Shown: piece after piece, positions 33,255-39,811 of the stretch
Layout: each line of letters starts with the position of its first letter
How positions within the stretch are numbered: the stretch's first letter is position 1
Origin: Chiloscyllium plagiosum
Taxonomy: Eukaryota
Direction: 5' to 3'
NCBI RefSeq assembly: GCF_004010195.1
Contig: NC_057752.1
Coordinates: 2,563,440 to 2,603,250 of the forward strand
Length of the DNA: 39,811 bases
Translations under genes and position numbers: made by a program
Notes under the pieces: model-generated
Database searches by the model: none
What the model was told of the DNA's origin: nothing
What the model saw: the letters and a program-made list of their open reading frames with translations, nothing else

Positions 33255-34360
33255 GGATGTAGGTTTGCTCACTGAGCTGGAAGGTTCATGTCCTGACGTT
33301 TCGTCACCCTACTAGGTAACATCTTCAGTGGGCCTCTGGGTGAAGCACTGCTGATGATTCCTGCTTTCTATTTATATGTTTGGATTTCTTTGGGTTGGTG
33401 TTGTCATTTCCTGTTCTTTTTCTCAGGGGGTGGTAGATGGGGTCTAACTCGATGGGTTTGTTGATAAAGTTCCCGTTGCAATGCCATGCTTCGAGGAATT
33501 CTTGTGCGTGTTTGGCTTGTTCTAGGATGGATGTGTTGTCCCAGTCGAAGTGGTGTCCTTCCTCCTCTGTATGTAAGGATACTAGTGAGAGAGGGTCATG
33601 TTGTTTTGTGGCTAATGATGTTCATGTATCCTGGTGGCTAATTTTCTGCCTGTTTGTCCAATGTAGTGTTACAGTTCTTGCATGGTATTTTGTAAATGAC
33701 AGTAGTTTTGTTTGTTGTCTGTATAGGGTCTTTCAAGTTCATTAGCTGCTGTTTTAGTGTATTGGTGGGTTTGTGGGCTACCATGATGCCAAGGGATCGG
33801 AGTAGTCTGGCAGTCATTTCCGAGTTGTCTTTGATGTAGGGGAGAGTGGCTAGGGTTTCTGGATGTGTTTTGTCTGCTTGTTTGGGTTTGTTGCTGAGAA
33901 ATCGGTGAACTGTGTTCATTGCGTACCCATTCTTTTTGAATACACGGTATAGGTGATTTTCCTCGGTGCTGCAGTGTGTGTTGGCTCGTTGAAATAATGT
34001 TCTGATGCAGCTTCGTTTGTGGGTGTTGGGATGATTGCTTCTGTCGTTCAATATTTGGTTTGTATGTGTTGTTTTCCTGTAGACACTGGTTTGAAGTTCC
34101 CCATTGGTTGTTCGCTCTACTGTGACATCTAGGAATGGCAGTTTGTTGTTGTTGTTGTTGTTGTTTTCCTCCTCTTTAGTGAATTTTATGCCAGTAAGGG
34201 CATTATTGATGATCTTGAAGGTTTCCTCTAATTTGTTTTGTTTAGTGATGACAAAAATGTCATCCACATAGCGGATCCAAAGTTTGGGTTGGATGGTTGG
34301 CAGAGCTGTTTGTTCGAGTCTCTCTGCATTACTGCCTCTGCTAAGAACCCTGATATCGGA
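33255..34360 (-). mobile_element. Penelope/Poseidon-like element (family C): RT C-half, GIY-YIG endonuclease, hammerhead terminal repeat
   Basis: Minus strand PISGFLAEAVMQR/LEQTALPTIQPKLWIRYVDDIFVI...KLPFLDV...VYRKTTHT...SNHPNTHKRSCIRTLFQRA...TLPYI...VIYKIPCKNC, then frameshifted IGQTGRKLATRIHEH...GHHFDW...FLEAWH. Confidence 0.95.
33292..33331 (-). ncRNA. Minimal type-I hammerhead motif in the 3' repeat of the coding PLE
   Basis: cca-CTGAAGA-t-gttacc-tagtag-ggtgac-GAAA-cg-TC-agg; intact ACGT helix III and GUC triplet. Confidence 0.78.
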
Positions 34361-35377
34361 TTGCCAACCCTCGGAGCCTATATGAGCAAGGGCAAGGGGG
34401 GTATCTGGGTGTTTCCATTCCTGATCCCAATGTCATCCAGAGGTGGCAATGTTCAGGGGTTGGGAGAGGGGTACAGAGTGAAAGGGAGTAGGGAGGGAGA
34501 GAAAAGATTTTAAAATGGGGACAAAATGTAAGGTATGGGGGTGGGGGGTGTTGCTGTAAGATGCCAATCCCAAAAGATGGTGAACACTTTGCAAGACACA
34601 AAATGGCAGTCAGATAATTGCAGGGAGATGAATCTGGCGGCTTTGCTGATGGGCTGTCTGGAGGCTTACCACATTGGCCTGTAGACCAGCAGCCTGCACC
34701 GCAGGTCAAGCCTGGTATTTATCAATGTCAATTAAAATTGATTGGTGCATATCATCGAGATAGTGGAGGCTGTCAGTTTTGCTGCCTCTGTATCTGCTTG
34801 CTCCCAGCCTACGCGACGAGCTTGGGTTACCACTTCAACACCTGGCTCTCAAAATACCTTCTGGGTATTAAGATCGGCAGATGATCAGCTCGCAAGATGT
34901 AGCTGCAGACTTTGGGGGCGGTGGCAGAGTAGAAGATGCAGGATCCCTTCCTGCACAGGAATTGATGTCCTTGCATGTAATATCCAAACAGAGTACCAAG
35001 TATGCAGTGAAAGCAAAAACCTGTTGTTTCATCCAGCCATTACATAGCCTTGTCTGCGTCATTAACTTGTCTGGACTGACACAGGATCCCCATTATAGAG
35101 TGAATCGTTTAGGCAGCTTACACTGTGATTACTTTAATTAACAGTGGCTCTCCCCTCTCTTGTTTTTTTGTCCTGTCGAGTTTCTTCGACTGCCTTCTAT
35201 TTGATGGAACAGCATTTATACTCGACGTATCTTTCAGGCAGCACTCCTTAAACAGTGTTGTCATTTAGTTAGCAAGCACAGCCACCATTTTGTGTGTAGC
35301 AAGCTATCATGAGCACCAAACTCATTTTAAATCCGAGATTAGATTTTTGTTTAAGGTATATGGGAGAAAGAGTTATT

Positions 35378-35631
35378 AGAATTAGATTCCCTACTGTGGG
35401 GTACAGACCCTTCAGCCCAACAAGTCCCTAAACACTATGGGCAATGTAACTCAGCCAATTCACCTGACCTGCACACCTTTGGATAGTGGGAGGAAACTGG
35501 AGCACCTGGAGGAAACTCACGCAGACACGGGAAGAATGTACAAACTCCACACAAACAGTCGCCCGAGGCTGGAATCAAACCTGGGTCCCTGGTGCTGAGG
35601 CTGCAGTGCTAACCACTGTGCCATCGTGCCA
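35378..35631 (-). mobile_element. HE1-type V-SINE, near full length
   Basis: Minus head ggcacgatggcacagtggttagcactgcagcctcagcaccagggacccaggtttgattcc; V-domain gtgtggagtttgtacattcttcccgtgtctgcgtgagtttcctccaggtgctccagtttcctccca; CR1-type tail. Confidence 0.9.
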
Positions 35632-35744
35632 CTCAGAGCAGCCACTATCTCATTGGTGATACAGGATTGAGAGGCTGAATGGCCTACTCCTGTTCTGAAA
35701 TGCAGTGACTGTCCAGTAAATCTTTTTTCCTCCCCCTGACTGAG

Positions 35745-35910
35745 GGGACCTCTTCTGAAAAAGATGCCATGGGATCTTTGGCATGCATGTGACTGAATCG
35801 ACAGCTTGAGTATTGCTTTGATGTGCCACCCGAAGTGTGTTTTTGTTTGTTTTCCTGAGTAACAGAATGCTCCCTTGGTACTACCAGGTGAGTGCTGGCC
35901 TTTATGTATT
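35745..35910 (-). mobile_element. DeuSINE-like core fragment
   Basis: Minus strand aaagatcccatggcatctttttcagaagag resembles the Deu core; a similar motif is at 18864-18880 (+). Confidence 0.6.
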
Positions 35911-36524
35911 CCACAAACACCACCGCCCTGCCCCGCCCTGCCCCGCCCACAACAATCTTTGGGGAGAAAAGTGGGAGAAGACCCAAGGCTTCCTTGGAGC
36001 ACCTTGATCTTGGCCTCCACTATTCCAGGGCCCACCCCTGGGCAGGTCTGGTGGAAAGGGGAGGCTCCCTCTGTTCAGGCCTCACCAAAATTGCAGTCAG
36101 TCCCTGATTGCATCACTATGTGCCTTTTTTTTAAATCAAAGAACGGACCTCTCTGCAGGTGTCCTAGGTGCCTGTTCAAACAAGGATCTTTGTAGCTAAA
36201 CAACTGACCCTCCTATTATTGGCTCTTTGGCTGGTTTTGGTTGAGGGAGGGCCAGGCAGAGAGCTGGGTTAAAAATCAGGACTGGTGTGTTGTCTTTAGG
36301 ATTTAAAGAAAAATGAGAGTGTTAATGTTCGCATTTTATTCATGAAAGAAAATGAACAGTGGGCCTCCTGTGCATTTGACTGTTCTCTGGTAACCTTTGG
36401 GCAGAGACTATTTCCATATAGTTTACACTGTCTTGTTACTGTTTTGTTAGATTGAAAGTTTTAGCCTTCATTTTGTTATGAAAACAATTTGGTGCTTTAT
36501 CAGCCAGGGCTATTTTCCTATTGA

Positions 36525-36618
36525 TGCAAAAGTGAAATGCTGCAGATGCTGGAATTCTGAAACCAAAGATGTGGAAAGTGCTCAGTGAGGTCAGGTTACA
36601 TCTGGGAAGAGAGAAACG
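36525..36618 (-). mobile_element. Old PLE family B tail
   Basis: tgctgcagatgctggaattctgaaacc...gtgctcag...catctgggaagagagaaac. Confidence 0.55.
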
Positions 36619-36719
36619 AGGCACATAGGAGCAGGGAGCAGCAGTAGACCACCCAACTCTGTCCCCTATTCCCACTTTCTCCAAGTACGTAAAAACCTAT
36701 TTGTGGCATAGAATGTTTC

Positions 36720-37087
36720 ACTTCTGTGGGATGTGGGTATCACTGGCATTTGTTACCCATCCTTAATTTGTTCTTGAACTGGGTTGCTATGCTATCTAAG
36801 AGTATTTCCAAGTCAACCCCATTGTTGTGGGTCTGGAGTCACATGTAGGTCATACCAGGTAAAGATGGCAGATTTCCTTCCCTGAACGACATTGGTGAAC
36901 CACAGAAAACGATTCATAGCCTCAACAATGGGGGTTGAGAGATTAGCTTTTAATTCCAGAGTTATGAACTTAATTTAAATTCCCCAAATTGGCATGGTGG
37001 GATTTGAATCCGTGGCCCTAGAGCATTAGCCTGAGCTCTCTGGATTATTAGTCAAGTGATATTATCACTATGCTGCTGTCATCCCCC
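36720..37087 (-). mobile_element. tRNA-headed SINE, near full length
   Basis: Reverse-complement match to 9427-9792. Confidence 0.82.
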
Positions 37088-37824
37088 CGCGCCCCCGCCC
37101 GATGCCACAGAGTCAATGCACCCTTAATGCTCGAGATGCCGACTGAAACCGAAGCACTGTGCCACTGTTGTGAATGCCAGTGTGCCAAAAATGAGAAGGA
37201 GCAGTTTTGATTTTGTAAGTGGCCTGATTGGTATGATTAATAGGTGACTCCTCAAATTCAGCCCCTCAATTTTGGAGTAAGTATGGAGGAACTCACTGTG
37301 GCAAGCTGTGCAATCCAAGAAACTGCCTGGGAAGACAAGCTTTCTGTTACTACACTGTCCGGAGAGGAGTTTATAGAAATGCAGGCTGTTGTTGTTGTAA
37401 TACAAAGAGCAGCAAACCTGCAACATTCCAAGACTGGAGCTGTCGGGTTCAGTGAGTAGGGTCAGCCTGATCCTTTCAGAGGGTGCTAAAGCCTCCAGTC
37501 AGAGGTTTTACTTAATTAAAACTGCTCTGAAAGGCTCTGTGTCAGCAGTGTCTCCATTGTTTTATCTCTTTCCCAGTGGCAACTGGAGAAACCACATTTT
37601 GTGTTCGCTTGCTAAAATTAGCAAACGGAGGGAAGGCATCTCTTTATTATCAGCAGCAAAGACTAACAGATCATGTCATGCAATGCATTACAGTGTAAAC
37701 CTATTTTGCTGTGTCCCAATAACGTGCCGAAACTGACCCTGAGGAGAGGAGCTGGCCCTCTCCCCAAAGTTTGATGATTCTATTTCTCGCACAGGACACC
37801 CCTTCAGGGCAAGGTTTTTTCTCG

Positions 37825-38885
37825 CATTGGACAAGAGCAGGTCAGAGGCTAGGGATACTGTGGCGAGTGACTCACCTTGTGACTCTCCAAAGCCCAAGTC
37901 AGGAGTGTGATGGAATACTCCCCACTTGCCTGGATGGAGGCAGCTCCAACAACACTCAAGAAGCTCAACACCATCCAGGACAAAGCACTTGATTGGCACT
38001 ACGGCCACAAACATTCACTCCCTCCACCACTGACACTCAGTAGCAGCAGTGTGGATGATGTAAATGCTTTGGAGGTGGTTTATTAGATTGAGAGCCGCAA
38101 TGAGTGGCTTGTTTGAGGAAAGGTTAGACAGGCTGGGATTCCTTCCACTGGAGTTTAAAAGAATGAGGGGAGACTGAATTGAAATAAGATCCTGAATGGT
38201 CTTAACAAGGTTGATGTGGGAAGGTTATTTTCACTTGTGGGTAAGACCAGAACTAGAGGGCACTGTTTAAAAATTAGGGCCGCTGCCCTTTTAGGACAGA
38301 TGAGGAGATTTCTCTCCGAGGGCTGTGTAACCCTGGAGTAAATGGTTGTGTGGGGGTTGGGTGGGGCAGGTCACTGAATATTTTTAAGACTGAGCTAGAT
38401 ATGTTCTTGTGAGGCAGGGGAATCAAAGGCTATCAGAGATAGATGGGAACGTAAGATTTGGGACTCAAAAGTGATCGTTCATGATCTTATTGAATGGTGG
38501 AGCAGGTCCATGTGGATGTTTCTGATCCTAATTTGTATGTTTGTATGCATCTACAAGGAACATTGCAGACATTCACCAAGGATCCACAGACAGCACCTTC
38601 CAAACCCACAATCACTTCCATCTAGAAGGACAAGGGCAGCAGATACATAAACACCACCCCCTGCAAGTTTCCCTCCAAACCACTCACCATCCTGACTTGG
38701 AAATATATTTCTGTTCCTTCAGTGTCACTGGGTCAAAATCCTGGAATTCCCTTCCTAAAGGCATGTTGGTACATTTACAGTACGTGGACTGCACCTGTTC
38801 AAGAAGGCAGCTCACCACCACCTCTAGGGGCAACTAGGCATGGACAATAATGTCAACCTTGCCATTGATGCGCACATCCTACATT
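37825..38885 (+). mobile_element. CR1/L2-group LINE 3' fragment split by a CR1
   Basis: caagtcaggagtgtgatggaatactccccacttgcctggatg (QVRSVMEYSPLAWM...LKKLNTIQDKA); resumes near 38545 with SFSVTGSKSWNSLP and the shared tail. Confidence 0.8.
38085..38543 (+). mobile_element. CR1 3' fragment
   Basis: gaggaaaggttagacaggctggga...agaactagagggcactgtttaaaaattaggg...catgatcttattgaatggtggagcagg. Confidence 0.8.
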
Positions 38886-38954
38886 TTGAAAAACTGGGTT
38901 AACATTATCTCCATGTTTCACTTCTACTTCTAGCTGGCAGGGAAGGAGTAAACA

Positions 38955-39150
38955 AAAGACTGGATTTATAAAGGAGCTTATCACATTGGGAGCTGGCCAA
39001 AAGGTGCCCGTGCATGCAGTGACTTCTGAAGTGCAGCAGCAGTTGTTATGTGTGCAAGTGTTGCTCTCATTTTGTGCACGTCAAGATCCCACAGTCATGT
39101 GTGAAGTGGCTTGTATGGCTCCTCATGGTGGCTCTGGTTGAGGGAAGAAT
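38955..39150 (-). mobile_element. DeuSINE-like 3' fragment
   Basis: aagactggatttataaagg...ttctgaagtgcag...ttttgtgcacgtcaagatcccaca...ggttgagggaagaat. Confidence 0.55.
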
Positions 39151-39386
39151 TGACCAAAAGGTATTTCATCCTGTTGGCTGTGATTGGATTTGAGCCTTTG
39201 TGCAAGATGTCAATGCCATCTCATTGGCTGTAAGAGAAGCCCAGGGGTTGGTGGACCCTCCCATTGGTGATTTTGTGAAGAAAATTAGTCAACAATGAGA
39301 TACACCATGGCATTGCTGAGAGTGAGTTGGAACAAACACTGTTTCAGAGGCCAGGAGCATTGAGCCATATCTCTCTCTGTCAAATA

Positions 39387-39811
39387 TTAGAACATAGAAC
39401 ATAGAAAAATACAGCGCAGTACAGGCCCTTTGGCCCTCGATGTTGCGCCGATCCAAGCCCACCTAACTTACACTAGCCCACTATCCTCCATATACCTATC
39501 CAATGCCCGTTTAAATGCCCATAAAGAGGGAGAGTCCACCACTGCTACTGGCAGGGCATTCCATGAACTCACGACTCACTGAGTAAAGAATCTACCCCTA
39601 ACATCTGTCCTATACCTACCACCCCTTAATTTAAAGCTATGCCCCCTCGTAATAGCTGACTCCATACGTGGAAAAAGGTTCTCACGGTCAACCCTATCTA
39701 AACCCCTAATCATCTTGTACACCTCTACCAAGTCACCCCCAAACCCTCTTTTCTCCAATGAAAACAGCCCCAACTGCCTCAGCCTTTCTTCATACGATCT
39801 TCCTACCATAC
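39387..39811 (-). mobile_element. Young CR1 3' end running off the window edge
   Basis: Minus-strand ORF YEERLRQLGLFSLEKRGFGGDLVEVYKMIRGLDRV...TRGHSFKLRGGRYRTDVRGRFFTQ; (TTCTATG)n tail at 39388-39406; CpGs retained. Confidence 0.93.

Noticed and set aside
35570..35631. tRNA genes at A/B-box motifs (also 9480, 4985, 24775)
   Set aside because: They are SINE heads continuous with SINE bodies; no complete cloverleaf could be drawn.
1..39811. CRISPR arrays or prokaryotic operons/defence systems
   Set aside because: The sequence is vertebrate genomic DNA; there are no regularly spaced direct repeats with unique spacers and no gene-dense organisation.

Overview
Eukaryotic, repeat-dense sequence with three N gaps (1687-2109, 7072-7571, 27554-27816). 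The repeat repertoire (HE1-type V-SINE, DeuSINE-like elements, CR1, L2, Penelope-like elements) points to a shark or other elasmobranch, possibly a bamboo shark; the taxon is an inference. No intact host protein-coding gene is recognisable. The convincing protein-like ORFs are decayed retrotransposon sequence: a CR1 ORF1 at 1-453, a 3.2-kb CR1 at 27232-30479, and Penelope-like element (PLE) RT/GIY-YIG fragments at 1474-2470, 13966-14510 and 33255-34360. A CpG-rich region at about 2.5-7.9 kb holds a CRE, a TCF/LEF site and two short ATG-to-donor candidate first exons. It is followed by repeat-free, homeodomain-motif-rich blocks, which suggests the 5' end and long first intron of an unidentified developmental gene. 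The most striking feature is a population of at least four families of short PLE-derived elements carrying minimal type-I hammerhead ribozyme motifs (CUGANGA-helix II-GAAA-CG-UH). Several are fold-back palindromes flanked by clear 8-17 bp target-site duplications, their 5' ends cluster inside or beside the ribozyme, and most have lost the helix-III ACGT palindrome by CpG decay. Repeat boundaries were read by eye and are approximate unless a TSD fixes them. Family names come from recalled consensus sequences, not from database searches.
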